Of a stretch of DNA of 64,000 bases, positions 29,820 through 43,880 are shown piece by piece. The notes under the pieces were generated by a model. It was not told the origin of the DNA, made no database searches, and was given only the letters and a program-made list of their open reading frames with translations. Origin of the DNA: Eledone cirrhosa (lineage: Eukaryota); the NCBI GenBank assembly GCA_964016885.1, contig OZ024741.1, forward strand, positions 43,338,001-43,402,000, read 5' to 3'. The translations under genes and the position numbers were made by a program. Every line of letters begins with the position of its first letter. Positions within the stretch are counted from its first letter, which is position 1.

Positions 29820-30034
29820 ATTTGAGTCTCAGTGATTGATGTTAGTTAACTGGAAAGTTTGTTGAATGAATATCAAGCCACTACCTGCAGCGTCAGATAT
29901 TGAGGACGTATCGGAGAGTTCTTGCTGTTCCCAGCAAGCATGCCTTTTGAAGTGTTCCAAAAAGCGGGGCGGGGCCAATTTTCTTTAACCATCCCTGGAA
30001 ACTTTTTGAGATAGTACCTAGTGCGCCTATGACA
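29820..30034 (-). mobile_element. 5'-truncated 3' end of an R4/Dong-like RLE retrotransposon flanked by (TAA)n
   Basis: [20 protein letters not shown]...[19 protein letters not shown]; near-identical to 63425-63640. Confidence 0.85.
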
Positions 30035-30161
<127 letters not shown>

Positions 30162-30175
30162 GTATATATATATAC

Positions 30176-30222
<47 letters not shown>

Positions 30223-30260
30223 TGTCTACACCCATATATATATATATATATATATAGGTG

Positions 30261-30369
30261 TCTACACCCAAAATGAGGGAGCAGCCATCGGCGTCAGCAT
30301 AGCTGGCGATGTTGCCAACCTTTTCATGGTATGGTGGGAAAGGAGACTTAAAGATCTCCTTAATGAAAG

Positions 30370-30376
<7 letters not shown>
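30261..30376 (+). mobile_element. Isolated ~115-bp internal PLE RT fragment inside (TA)n
   Basis: Near-identical to the reverse complement of 22297-22413 ([38 protein letters not shown]). Confidence 0.9.
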
Positions 30377-30443
<67 letters not shown>

Positions 30444-30680
30444 CATAAACACCGGCATACAAAATTTAAAAAATCACAGTAAAGAAAGTCAGTGGAACAA
30501 TAGGATGGTTTTTGCACTTATGAAAATCTTAATGCAACATATATTCGCACATATAGATACACGTGCACACAGATCAACACAGCAGTAGCTACATTAATTA
30601 TAAACGATGCATGCACATTAACACACACACACACACACTCATATATATATATATATTTATAAATATATATATGTATATTT

Positions 30681-30716
<36 letters not shown>

Positions 30717-30724
30717 GCGCATAA

Positions 30725-30770
<46 letters not shown>

Positions 30771-30810
30771 GCACACGCATAAAACACACACACACACACA
30801 TACATACACA

Positions 30811-30887
<77 letters not shown>

Positions 30888-31194
30888 ATATGCACACACA
30901 TAAAACATACCCACACTCCTCATAAATAAAAATGCATAGTGAAGCACATATTCCTGATTTGTTTTCATTAGACATTTTTATGAATTGGTTGAACTAGTAA
31001 CCTAATCTTCAGCATTGTTATTCGCATCAATATACATACAATGTATTCTTACTTTACTCAGATAACATTAAATTGAATTCAATTTTATTGCCATTGTAGT
31101 TTGCACGAATTGACTGTTATATTGCGTTGCCGACGAAGAATATATATTTATTGTGGCATCGTTAAAGTAGAAGTGTTTGAAAAATGGTTTGTAG

Positions 31195-31300
31195 AATTCG
31201 CTGCGGCTGTTAAATGTTCTGGGTTCCAAATCCTACCGAGGTCAACTTTAATTATCATCCATCTGTGGTCGGTAAAATAACGTACCACTTAAATACGGTA
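31195..31300 (+). mobile_element. Degenerate SINE (main family)
   Basis: ttctgggttccaaatcctaccgaggtcaacttt...ggtcggtaaaataacgtacca. Confidence 0.6.
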
Positions 31301-31424
31301 AAAGTAGGAAGATTTAAATTGTATTATAGAAAACTTCCCTTCGTAGAAATATGTATAAATTATTTCAAAAAATGAATGAATTAAAAAATATATATATACA
31401 TACATACTAGGTCTGAACATAATG

Positions 31425-31640
31425 ATTTCTTATATAGGCATAAGGCCAGCAATTTTGGGAGTGAGGAAAGTCGATTAAAACGACCCCAGTGTGTGACTGG
31501 TACTTTATTTTATCGACCCCGTAAGGATGAAGGCAACGTTAACTTCGGCGGGATTTGAACTCAGATCATAAAGGGTCGTAACTCTATGCTGCGAAGCATA
31601 GTGCCCGACCCTCTAACGATACTACCAATCCATCGCCCCC
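31425..31640 (-). mobile_element. SINE (main family) with 14-bp target-site duplication
   Basis: TSD gtctgaacataatg at 31411-31424 and 31646-31659. Confidence 0.88.
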
Positions 31641-32436
31641 ATTAAGTCTGAACATAATGCAATCAAATCCCCATTGTAACTGTCTCCGTCTCTCTTCAAC
31701 TCCCCATCTCTCACTCTTATATGTAAATGGGGGGGACACTCCACCACCCCGGTGGACAGAACAGAGCAGTCGTTGCTCCAGAGAGGATCCATAACATGGA
31801 TTTTCATGTCCTTCCAAATTTGCTGGCCCTGTGCCTCATTTAGAATTGATGATTATAGAATACAATCGTTGAAGCGTTCGTATATATTTTTGGCTCTTTA
31901 CGTTCAGAGTTTCAAAAGGCTTTGTAGTCATATTTTCCTTTCTATAAAATTATATACCAGTTACAAACTAATGTCGATTTAGTCGACTTTCCTTTCATAA
32001 CTACTGCTAGTGTTGTGTCTATATTATGAAGAATGTTATTGAAATAGTAGAACTGGCAAAGAGATGTACAAAATGATGCAAAATTGGCGGTACGTAACGC
32101 TTTAACATAAAATCACAGTGAAACCGATGCTGTTTAACGATCTGGAGATGATAAATTAGGTATCAATCATATACTCTATCTAAATGTGATGTTGTGTACC
32201 AATGCTAGGAGCCAATATTATTGAGATGGTACAATTGGTAGAGGTATTGATAACGTTAATTACAGTATGAATATATTCTCCCCCGACGTTGAATTTAACG
32301 TTCCTCCGACTGGAATCTAAAACAATACGAAACCTCTCATGTAGTTATTACTTGACTCACTGGAACTTTCCACGTAAAGTTTAGTATAGTTGAGGGATTT
32401 TGAGATAATGAAATTATCTAAAGGGAATAATTTATA

Positions 32437-32470
32437 TACAGGGTGTCCCCCCAAAATGTATACACATTTA
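32437..32470 (+). mobile_element. Possible Tc1/mariner-type terminal inverted repeat end
   Basis: TA-cagggtgtccccccaaaatgtatacac resembles Tc1/mariner MITE termini; similar tacagggtgg at 8128; partner end not found. Confidence 0.3.
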
Positions 32471-32744
32471 TTAGAATCCTATTGAAATGTATGTTATATA
32501 TACATACATTATCCAGCCAAATTTTGAGCAAGAAAGGTGGAAGAAAACTACTCCAACATTTGATTTTAATTTTAAATCTTTAATTTTTAGTTTTTAAATA
32601 TTAATTCTTTTTAATTTTTATTTCAATACTCAACATTTGATAAGATGAATTTTAATAATACATTGAAACCAGTTACACGCTACTATACTTTATATACATT
32701 ATAACACTTTTTAAAAAAAGAATTGTTCCTCTCATTTGTTCTTT

Positions 32745-33135
32745 AATTGTTTCTACTTTAGGCACAAGGCCAGCAAATACCCAGTGCATTACTGGTACTT
32801 TATTTTATCGAACCCGTAAGGATGAAAGGCAAAGTCAACCTCGGCGGGATTTGAACTCAGATCGTAAAGGGACGTAACTATGATGGAAAGCATGGCGTCC
32901 GACCCTCCACCGATACTGCCGATCCACCGCCATACTCATTTGTTCAATAATTGTTTCTACTTTAGGCACAAGGCCAGCAAATACCCAGTGCATTACTGGT
33001 ACTTTATTTTATCGACCCCGTAAGGATGAAAGGCAAAGTCAACCTCGGCGGGATTTGAACTCAGATCGTAAAGGGACATAACTATGCTAGAAAGCATGGT
33101 GTCCGACCCTCTACCAACACTGCCAATCCACCGCC
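32745..33135 (-). mobile_element. Two tandem SINE copies (32745-32931, 32949-33135)
   Basis: Two complete main-family units with overlapping TSD-like repeats. Confidence 0.9.
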
Positions 33136-33246
33136 CTTGTTCAATAATGTTATCTTTTCAATAATGTCACTTTGACGAATCAAAGAAAGGATAAAAAAAG
33201 AAAAAACAGACCCGTAAATATATATTTCTGTGCTATTTCCAACTTC

Positions 33247-33357
<111 letters not shown>

Positions 33358-33411
33358 TATATATATATAGCGCGTTATTCCGTGTATGAACATAAATATA
33401 TATATATATAT

Positions 33412-33527
33412 ATATAAAGAAGGAAATGTGGTAAGGAACCAGGTGGACCATAACGCATCAAAGTACACAATACTTAGGGTAGTAGAGTGGGTAATAGGAA
33501 CAAGTAAGACCCCGAGTCTTACTTGTT

Positions 33528-33532
<5 letters not shown>
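33412..33532 (-). mobile_element. Solo 3' terminus of the Naiad-2-like PLE with a short fold-back
   Basis: Reverse complement of 54863-54962, then the hairpin taggaacaagtaagac-cccga-gtcttacttgttccta. Confidence 0.8.
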
Positions 33533-33562
<30 letters not shown>

Positions 33563-33956
33563 ACTAGAAATTGATTAACATATAAATATACATGAATAAT
33601 CACAGGAGATAATTTTTGCCCGGGTGTAACCACGCATAGCTAGTATAGGTAATATTTACCTTTAAGTAAGTATGATTAACCTTCCTTGTATATATCCCAT
33701 TAAAGAAATATATTTCACCAATTTATCAGATGGTAAGTCACGGAAAGTGGATATTTTTGGATTGTCAACAAGGAAAGTATAATCATTTCCAGCCATCCGC
33801 CCTTACAGAACGAGTTTAAATCTCCATCTAGCCGTTACCACGTGTTGTGTCTACACAAGATAGCGGTTTCGTTTCAGTGGCGTGAAATAGAAATAACAGT
33901 CAAATTTTCTTCAACAGAAATAGCTCTACAAGTAAGGAGCCGTATATATATATATC

Positions 33957-34423
<467 letters not shown>

Positions 34424-34910
34424 TATATATATATATTTTTATTTATTCTCAAGAGAGATAGTACCGTGATTTTAAAGAGATAATACGTAAACAATTCCAA
34501 ATTAAAATTACTCTCTTTTTATAAAAAATATAAAACCTGATTGTAATTGTTAGTGACCCTAAAAAAATTAGTGATAATTTCAAAAAATCATTCCATTGTG
34601 GAATCCATAGTTTTATATTGAGGTAAGATGACGCTACACTCTAAAGAAAACGTTTTTTGTTTCTCCTAAGCATGCTTACATAGTCATTCATTTTATATAC
34701 CTTATATGAGCTAGAGATAACCAACACCTGTTGAAAGCCCGGAGTTTTTAAAAATTATATTACCACAGGTATGTGTTTGTTAATGAATGTTCAATTAATT
34801 GATTTGTTTGTTTCTTTATACCTTTATTTATTTTTCTTCTCTCTTTCATACTTGTCATTTGTTGATTAATTGTGCTATCTGTGTGTATCCGGCGTAACTT
34901 ATTAGTAAAT

Positions 34911-35100
34911 ATAATTGTTTCTAGTTTTGGCACAAGGCCAGCAATTATCCCACTGTATTACTGGTAATTTATTTTATCGACCCCGTAAGGATGAAAGGCT
35001 AAGTTAACCTCGGTGGGATTTGAACTCAGATCGTAAAGGGCCTTAACTCTATGATGCAAAACATGGCATCTGACCCTCTACTGATACTGTCAATGACACA
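34911..35100 (-). mobile_element. SINE (main family)
   Basis: ttttatcgaccccgtaaggatgaaagg...gggatttgaactcagatc. Confidence 0.85.
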
Positions 35101-36315
35101 TCTTCCCGCCCTTTACCTTTCATATGACTTGGAACGTACACAAAATAAATAACCTCCCATCGTCCCTGCCTCCCTGAGTCACATTTATGTTTTGTCAATC
35201 CTAATATATTATGAATATGTGTTATAAATCTGTAGAGGGGATGGATATATAACATGTTTGTGTCAGCTGGATTTCAACGAAACTAAATACATACTATAAA
35301 GTTACATTTCCGAACACAATTTCATTTTGCCCAATAAATATAAACGTAGTTGTTATCACTCAGCTCATTTTATTCTAGTTTGTGTCAACCGATATGTAGC
35401 TATATACATTAATATATATTCAATCGCCTTTTGAAGCCATTTCAATTCAATAATAATGATAATTCATTAGGAAAAGTGATGAATATTGTAATATACCATT
35501 TCCCCATCGTTCCAAAATATAAGGTTATTTTCCTTGTCAGAACAAAAAAGACTTATATTTGTTACATATTTTTAGGAATTACCTGTGGCACATTCTTTTT
35601 CTACAGTCTCTTATTTAATGTCGTCAATATTCTATTGAATTACTTTCAGATTTTCTGCTTTATATTTTACTGCTTATATGTAGTTCATTTCTTTTTGACA
35701 CTTTTCCTTTTATGCTAACGTACTTTTAGAAGGTATAATTACATAGTTTTCCTAATAATATACTATCTTCTATTGTAACTTTTGTGGAGCTATTCTGTAA
35801 CTAACGAGACCGTGATGATATGTCGGATAATGATTTGTTAAGAATTCTTCTTTGTATTGTATGTTTGTTTACAATATCTACATATGTTCTACATTTATGT
35901 ATTTCTCTGATGTTTGACACATTTCCACTGCAATATTGCTTTCTTTTATTCATTTCAATTAGTATGTGATATGTCAAACAATCTATAGCTCACTGAATGA
36001 GAGAATAAGTAACACGCCAAACAAAATATTATTTGATCGATATTTTGATTGTTTTCTTTACGTTCAGAGTTCAGATTCCACCAGAGTCAATATGATAAGT
36101 ACTAACAACTTTATACCTATGTTACTATATTCACCATATTTCAAATTTTAAATTCTATAGACATCTGTTAAGAAAAATCTCACATAATCAACTTTCTTAA
36201 ACATACAATGTAACATACAACTATGCTTGGAAAACATTACATAGAGTGATATTGGAAAGGATAAGAACACACACACATACATATATATATATATGTGTGT
36301 GTATGTTTGTGAGTG

Positions 36316-36346
<31 letters not shown>

Positions 36347-36349
<3 letters not shown>

Positions 36350-36539
36350 ACTGTTTCTACTTTTGGCACGAGGCCAGCAATTATCCCAGTACATTACTGG
36401 TACTTTATTTTATCGACCCCGTAAGGATGAAAGGCAAAGTTAACCTAGGCGGGATTTGAACTCAGATCATAAAGGGAGGTAACTCTATGCTTCAAAGCAT
36501 GGCGTCCGACCCTCTACCGATACTGCCAATTCACCGCCC
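36347..36539 (-). mobile_element. SINE (main family)
   Basis: Complete copy with A and B boxes on the minus strand. Confidence 0.88.
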
Positions 36540-36547
36540 ATATATAT

Positions 36548-36739
36548 ATATAACGAATGAGGTGTGGTAAAGAACCAGATGGACTATAACGAACCAGAGT
36601 ACACAATACTTAGGGTAGCAGAGTTGATAATAGGAAATTGTTTAACCCCGACGGCAGAGCTCAAGCCATTTCGACGGCTATTTCTGGACTCAGAAATAGC
36701 TGTCGAGACGGCTTGAGCTCTGCCGTCGTGGTTAAAGAT

Positions 36740-36745
<6 letters not shown>
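36548..36745 (-). mobile_element. Solo Naiad-2-like 3' terminus folding back within HHR stem II
   Basis: Reverse complement of 54823-54962, then a hairpin centred near 36688. Confidence 0.82.
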
Positions 36746-36798
<53 letters not shown>

Positions 36799-37087
36799 TT
36801 AATAAAAACAATGAATAAAAACAAAAAAAAAGTTCCTTATATTAATACATTCATCGTTTTACGATCGTTTCTAGGATATATATGTGTGTGTTGGTATGTA
36901 TATCATATAGATCTATGTAAAAATTTTACAAACTATCAGAGGAAATATACATACCTACACCTATATATGCTGTCTTATATATATATATACATTAAAAAGA
37001 GTTTCGTCTACACGTATTTATGATATATATATATATTAAAAAGAGTTTCGTTTACACGTATTTATGTATATATATATAAATATATAT

Positions 37088-37282
37088 ATATAACGAGGGA
37101 ATTGTGGTAAGGAACCAGGTGGACCATAACGCACCAGAGTACTCAATACTTAGGGTAGTAGAGTGGGTAATAGGAAAAGTTATGACCCCGACGGCAGAGC
37201 TCAATCCGTTTCGACGTCTATTTGAGTCCTGAAATAGCCGTCGAAACGGCTTGAGCTCTGCCGTCGGGGTCATACCTTTTCC

Positions 37283-37285
<3 letters not shown>
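37088..37285 (-). mobile_element. Second solo Naiad-2-like 3' terminus folding back within HHR stem II
   Basis: Same structure as 36548-36745; hairpin centred near 37227. Confidence 0.82.
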
Positions 37286-37349
<64 letters not shown>

Positions 37350-37629
37350 TACATTCATATAATTTATTATTATTGTACTATACATTCGTGACAAGATTGT
37401 ATATTGGTGACAGTTAATTGAGCATTAACATGAAGCCATTGCAACACAATATTGTGGAAGTGAGTGTGGCTTAGTGTTTAACAAAGAGACTTGGAAAAGT
37501 GTCTTTCCCATAGCCTGAAATAGACGTAAGCCTGGTGAAAGTAATTAGGTGGATAAAACCGTGGAAAAGCTAGTAGCAGGGATTTTACTTGTAATTCAAG
37601 GCGCATTTTTTTTTACAAGTTGTGTTAGT

Positions 37630-38060
37630 GTTTGATTCAGTTGGATTACAGGCTGGACCGAGGGGACAGAAAATGGTCAGATATCGTTACAATCTTCCTG
37701 TACCGCGTGGTTAGGCCCCTCTTCTTTAATGTCACATGCTGTGACACATACTCAAGTGACAACATAGTGCGCTCGGCTACCAGCCCAGGCTGTGGTGTTC
37801 GCCAAGCCAAAGAGAGTAAACTGCCCACGTATTAGACGATCTCAGATAGATTTGAGGTGGGGCCTGTAATAGTGGAAACTTCCGGCGTTCTTGGTCCCCG
37901 ATGCACATCCCTACTCATTGCTATTGGAGCGGAGTTGGCCGCACATGAGTGTGAGCACCACGAGGTGGAGTGGTCATTCCAGCGCATCTTCCTCACCGTT
38001 GTCCGAGGCAATGTATTCTCCATCCTGTCGACCGTGACCCAGAGGCAAAAGGTAAGTTAG
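37630..38060 (+). mobile_element. 3' RLE-domain fragment of a CRE-clade non-LTR retrotransposon
   Basis: DRGDRKWSD...NVTCCDT...ESKLPTY*...VETSGVLG...FQRIFLTVVRGN, resembling the CRE consensus DGKRPD..DVTxxDT..VETxG..QRGN. Confidence 0.75.
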
Positions 38061-38657
38061 TTGGTAGGGGAAGATACTCGTTCGGACGTCACTTTGTTTC
38101 AGTTCAAATTCTCTGTACGGCCAGAGTATCAATTACACTATAAAACAAGACGAACGTTAATAATTCAAAGACTCACTCATTCTTGTCTCACATTCTGTCA
38201 TACTAATTCTGTCTGATAATTACATAAAGGATACACGTGTATGTGGAGGATTTAACCTACAACTCATACCTTAATTTGCGAGCCAGTCATGGCCGTCACT
38301 GGAACTCCATCGATTCTAGAAGTTAATATCGCAAGCCATTCTAAAACGTCACTCTAAAGATCCAACAATTTTACCGCAAATAAAGTTGATTCTAGCTTAG
38401 TACATCCAGCGCATCGGGCATCGGACGGAGAAATATCTAGTAAAACTGGTGAAATATAACCGACAATACAAAAGCAATCAAAATGAAAATAAAACAAGAA
38501 ATGAACAACTATTTAGAGGAACAAGTTTGTCTCACATGTAACATTGGTGACCTTTATGTTTATCTAAAGTGATTGACAACGTGATTTATATTTCTACATA
38601 TTTCACCATCGGTTTCACAACAAACGTTATTAGATATCAAATTTCCTTTAAAGTATA

Positions 38658-39001
38658 ATAATTGTTTCTGATTTAGGCACAAGGCCAACAATTTTGGTGA
38701 AGCGGAAAGCTGATTAAAAGGACAGCAGTGCGTTATAGGTACTTTATTTTATCGACACATGCTGCGAAGCATGTGTTCCGGCGCTCTACCGATACTACCG
38801 ATACCAATCCAACAATGATGGTTTCGGATTTAGGCACAAGGCCAGCAATTTTGGGGGAACAGACAGTCGATTAAATCGATCCCAGTGGCTGTCTGGTTCT
38901 TTATTTTATCGACCTCGTAAGGAAGAAAGACAATGCTAACCTCGGCGGGATTTCAACTCAGAACGTAAAGGGACATAACTCTATGTCTCTATCCACCGCC
39001 C
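38658..39001 (-). mobile_element. Two adjacent partial SINE copies (main family)
   Basis: taggcacaaggcc and ttttatcgac motifs twice. Confidence 0.75.
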
Positions 39002-39019
39002 TTTGTCAATCCAATAATA

Positions 39020-41895
39020 ATGATTGTCATAATAGATTTACACAAACACGAATAGCAAAACACAGAAAACAATATACAAATAAGATTAAGAAAATAAGAG
39101 AAAAGAATAATGAAACTTAAATGAAATCAACGCAACTGGGAGAAGGGAAAAACTAGAAAAATTGTAAAAATAATACAAATATCACCAAAAAGGAAATAAA
39201 TGTAATCACGGAACGCCTGAAACGGCAAATACTTCCTAACGCACAAAAAATCGGCAGGAATGAGAAACGCCAACGGTTCTTTGAACAATAGTAGGAGATA
39301 CACTCAAAACCAAAAGAACTCTACCACGAACCTGGTAGTAAACATGAAAATAAAAACAGAAGTTAAAGTACCAAAGCAACAAACGTAAAAGAAGTGGAAG
39401 ACCTCTGGAGAGGAGTCTTATGAGACAAGGAATATTTCCAAATAGTACTGGATAGAACACCCCACAGAGCATCTGAACAATCGTTGGAAGACATCATAAC
39501 TGTAGATGTTTCTCACATTGAAAAACAAAACAAACAAATCTAAGCAACAGAACAACACGAACCCTTAAATCTGGTTGAAATATTTAACAATGATAGATAT
39601 ACGACAAAGTTTAATAAGTGCACACGGAGGAAGAAATGACAAAGCTAATAGCACTGGCTTACTAAGAGAAAGAAGCTGGTTTACTAAGTGAAAAACTATC
39701 CTGATCTACAAGAGCAATGACACAGCTAAGCTCCAAACTTACCTTCCTACAACACCGTAACTACAATAATATATGCAACTATCAAAATATCTCGGGAATT
39801 CAGCGTATTGTAAGAACTTCTGCTAATTAAGCTCTGCCATACTACGATTCTTCTACATCTTTGTTAAGTTTTAGATTTATTGATCAGTAACTGATATTTA
39901 CAATCATATGAACCTGGCAGCATCCTTTTCTGCTCCTCTGGAAAAGTTTGTTCTTTTCAGATGCTTAGTTAATCTGATAACCTACATTTGACCTGGACGT
40001 AAAATGCAATGTGGTAGGTAGTGGTACTTTCAGACTAGTGCCAGTGTATGTTCCGACAAGAGCAAGATGTTGCAAAAGTTTATATGGGTTATGTGCCTCT
40101 AAGGTTCTTACTAATTAACCTGAAAATCAAGCCTGAAATACAATATTAGTATATCATAAATTTATTACCAGGATGCTTTTAACACGTCGACGGTGGACAT
40201 ACGAGCCATGAACAATATAGCTTTAATAGTAAGAAGCTTCTTCGCCCATGCCATGAGCAAGCGCCAAATTTTCTGCAGATACATACGAAATAGATAAGTA
40301 TAGAGAGTGAGATTGCAGGTAACAGAAGAACATTTCAAGGGGACTCCCTGTCTACACTCCTTTGGCCAGACAGTAACTGGAATGCTAAACAGGATTGGAC
40401 TTCGTTAAGAATGTTATAGTAAAGAAACCAACGATCCCATGGACGCTCCCCAGTTGAAGGATATTGAAAATAGACAACACGAAATATTGTGCATGGATTT
40501 ACGTAAGAAATAAATATGAAGAAAAACTAGTTAAAACATTATTGTTTCGCTATATAAAGTAACTGAGATAAGAGACAAATAAAATATTGATGTACACATA
40601 TTTAGGAATCAATGATCAAGGCAGTGGACAATAGACACAAATTAAAGGAAGCAATAGAAATGAATACTATGAATGCATTACAGAACTACGTAAAGCAAAG
40701 AATAAAGAATAAGATAAATAGCCATGAATAGTCCAGCGGTCACAGTAATAAGTTACAGCATTAATATATTTAACTGGGCACTAGAAAAAGTAGCAGGACT
40801 AGACAGAAACAAAACAAGTGATTAAAAAAATCAGACGTGTAAATATTATACTTATCAAAAGCAATGTAGGGGCATTTTGTACGTAGAATGCTATTATAAA
40901 ATATCCACTGTCGAACTACAAAAGTATCTAATGAATAATAACAGAGAATTAATACAAATAACTATAATAAATGAACAAAGAAGAAATTGTCTTCTGTCCT
41001 CAAGAAAGTCAAATACAAAATTAAAGCTGAATTGGTGGATAGTTATTACGATAATGAAAAACACCAAACTCTAACAGAAATTGTGAAAGAGGTAAAACCT
41101 AAATTCAAAACATTGTTCCAAAATGCCGTTCTAAAACTGTATTAAGAAAAAACTCCTACAAGATCAATACGTGAGTAGGGAGGATATAGACAAGGGAAAT
41201 TAACAACATCGGCTAATAGGTGTTGAACAAAAAGGCGAAACCAAAGGATCCCTAATTGAAGAACAAGAAGAAAGACTCTCCACCAGAAACTACCGAAGTC
41301 CACAATGAAGCAGATCTTAGTAACTGCAAAATATGTAGAGGTGAAGGCGAAACAATTATCCACATTGTCTCTGGTCGCTAGGTCTGTATATTTTCATGCA
41401 GAGAGGACATGTGACCCTTTGTGTGCGCATTTTCTAAATTGCCCATATTTTGTGTTTAGGTATTTATCAGAGGATTTCAAGTCCTGTAAAATTATTAACG
41501 TTTCACTGAGGCAAAATAGACACCTTATTGGACCTTTAATTATACCAACACCCTATCCACAGGACCATGGTTTTTCAACTAGTAAATAGAAATAGGCGTA
41601 GTTGTCAGATGATTCATATTACCATTCGATAAACAAAGCGACATACGTCAAAGAAATTGAAAAATATATTCAAGACATATATTGGTTTGAAATTCAATCC
41701 ATAAAGTAGGTCAATTCCACAGAGTATGTACCGCTATAAAGATAATCCCATTTATAATTGAATCCAAATTCGAAACCATTAAAATTGAAAGAATATCTCG
41801 AGGAAGTAGTTATTGAAACACAAACTGCCTTAGTACGAAATACTTATTGTTAGGAAACTGCACATCATGTACAGAAAGGTTCTGTCTGTTTAAGA
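39020..41895 (+). pseudogene. Highly degenerate R4/Dong-like RT-RLE element
   Basis: Residual motifs FQGDSLS (~40335), YLGI (~40600), AMNS.AVTVISYS.NI.NW (~40720), LDR, and terminal LLGTAH..RKVLSV* (~41850-41893). Confidence 0.6.
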
Positions 41896-41954
41896 CTTTA
41901 GAAGATACATCTCAGGCTACAGATTAACCAGTAATCATGGAATGTTTCAAATTT

Positions 41955-42126
41955 ATTGGGGTTTTTTGGGTGGGGAGTGGATTAAATCTATCCCACAGCA
42001 TTATTGGTGCTTAATTTTATCGAGCGCATAAGGATGGAACGCAAAGTTAATCAAGGTGGGATTTGAACTCAGAACGTAAAGAGCCGTAGTCCCATGTCGT
42101 AAAGTATGTTATCCGATACTGCCAAT
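41955..42126 (-). mobile_element. Degenerate SINE (main family)
   Basis: ttttatcgagcgcataaggatgg...gggatttgaactcagaacgtaaa. Confidence 0.7.
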
Positions 42127-42261
42127 TGCAAATAATTTAATAATAAGAACAACAAGAATAATTATTTCTTAGATCATTTCGTATTGACTAGTGTCCGATA
42201 CACCACCAAGAGTTAAATTAATATATTTCTTTCTTGTAATGTGTTGTTTCCGTTTACGTTT

Positions 42262-42307
<46 letters not shown>

Positions 42308-43082
42308 CACACACACACACATATATATATATATACGTACTTAAAATTTAACACACCCATAAATGTGTTGGCTAAACGGTTCATGGGCTGACACATACTC
42401 TGATGGGGTAACCCCAAGTGGCCTTTTTATTCAGCATAGTTCCAGGAAAGACACAATGCATATATTAATAAGAAGAGTTGAAATTAATGCATACAAGATT
42501 GCATGCATCTAGCATCACTCCTGTATATTGAGCCTATGGACTTTTCAGCCCACCCTCGTACTTGCGTGGATCTGTTTCTGTGCTATTGTGTATTTTCAAC
42601 GTGTTTGCTTGTATATTTAGTTTTAGTGACACTAAGTAAAATCTTCCCATCTTCCTCATGCAACATAGATTGCCATTCAAGAAGTGAATTCCAGTAAATA
42701 TAATATATTCTTGTATTTTTGTTCATGGAATAAACGGAATAATGTTTATTTTTAATAACCTTTTCTAATCGTGTTTTATTTTCATTTGACCTTTTCAAAA
42801 TTTATGGTAAACTACGATTTATTTTAAATAAAAACAACCGAAAAGAAATATATTTTCCTTTGATTTCTATATGTTTAGAATACATTATTCCATTTGAAGA
42901 AAACGTACAAACATAAGTAATTGAAAGTAGCTTTTAATTATATTTGAATCTGGTCATGCATATGTATGTTACACGAAATTGCTGGATTATTTTACGACGT
43001 GAAAGTGTATCGAAAATTGGGAGGTTCTTAATTACATTCTTGGTGATAATAATATGAGAGAAAGAGAAGGTGGCGTGTATGC

Positions 43083-43162
<80 letters not shown>

Positions 43163-43390
43163 GACCTAGTGTGGGAAAACATATTTATTTCATATGTTGG
43201 TATTTTATTGTTTCATGTAATGATTAAACCATCTTTTATATCCATATAATAAAGAAATCGGCGAGATTCAAGCTAATAAAGTATAATGGAACCAATAATT
43301 AATAGATGAATAAAAAAACAGTAACAAACTTATCGAAAGATAACACACACATGATTCTCGAAGCTGTGATCATTTAACTATTTATGATTT

Positions 43391-43527
<137 letters not shown>

Positions 43528-43539
43528 CTTTCATCAGCG

Positions 43540-43880
43540 ACACTACTGCTCTCACCAGGGCCACCAGCCGAACTGTCCAGGCTACGGAATCATTTCACTG
43601 CACCTCCACGAATTTCGATTAAGGGATCCGGTGCACAGTTTGCGATGTCTGTATTGGCCAAACGAGTCGTCGTTTGGCAGACAGATTTGTGGATCACTTC
43701 CGTGATATCCAACTGGACAACCCGTCACCCATCGCCCGACATTCCATTCCATTAATCGGCCATGTTGCCTGTGCCGGACCACTGGACTCACCCTCAGGAG
43801 AGAACAGCACGTCATTCTTCTCTCCAATAATTCACACACACCCGGTCTAAAGGCATGCCCATTTTTTTCCTTCACCATTC
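43540..43880 (+). pseudogene. Poseidon/Penelope-type PLE GIY-YIG remnant (not in the ORF track)
   Basis: Plus frame SFHCTSTNFD*GIRCTVCDVCIGQTSRRLADRFVDHFRDIQ..PIARH matches the FxCTSxNxxYxIxC..YIGET.RRL.DRF.EH pattern. Confidence 0.7.

Noticed and set aside
42165-42215. Possible minus-strand hammerhead remnant
   Set aside because: Core too degenerate (TTGGTGG) to call
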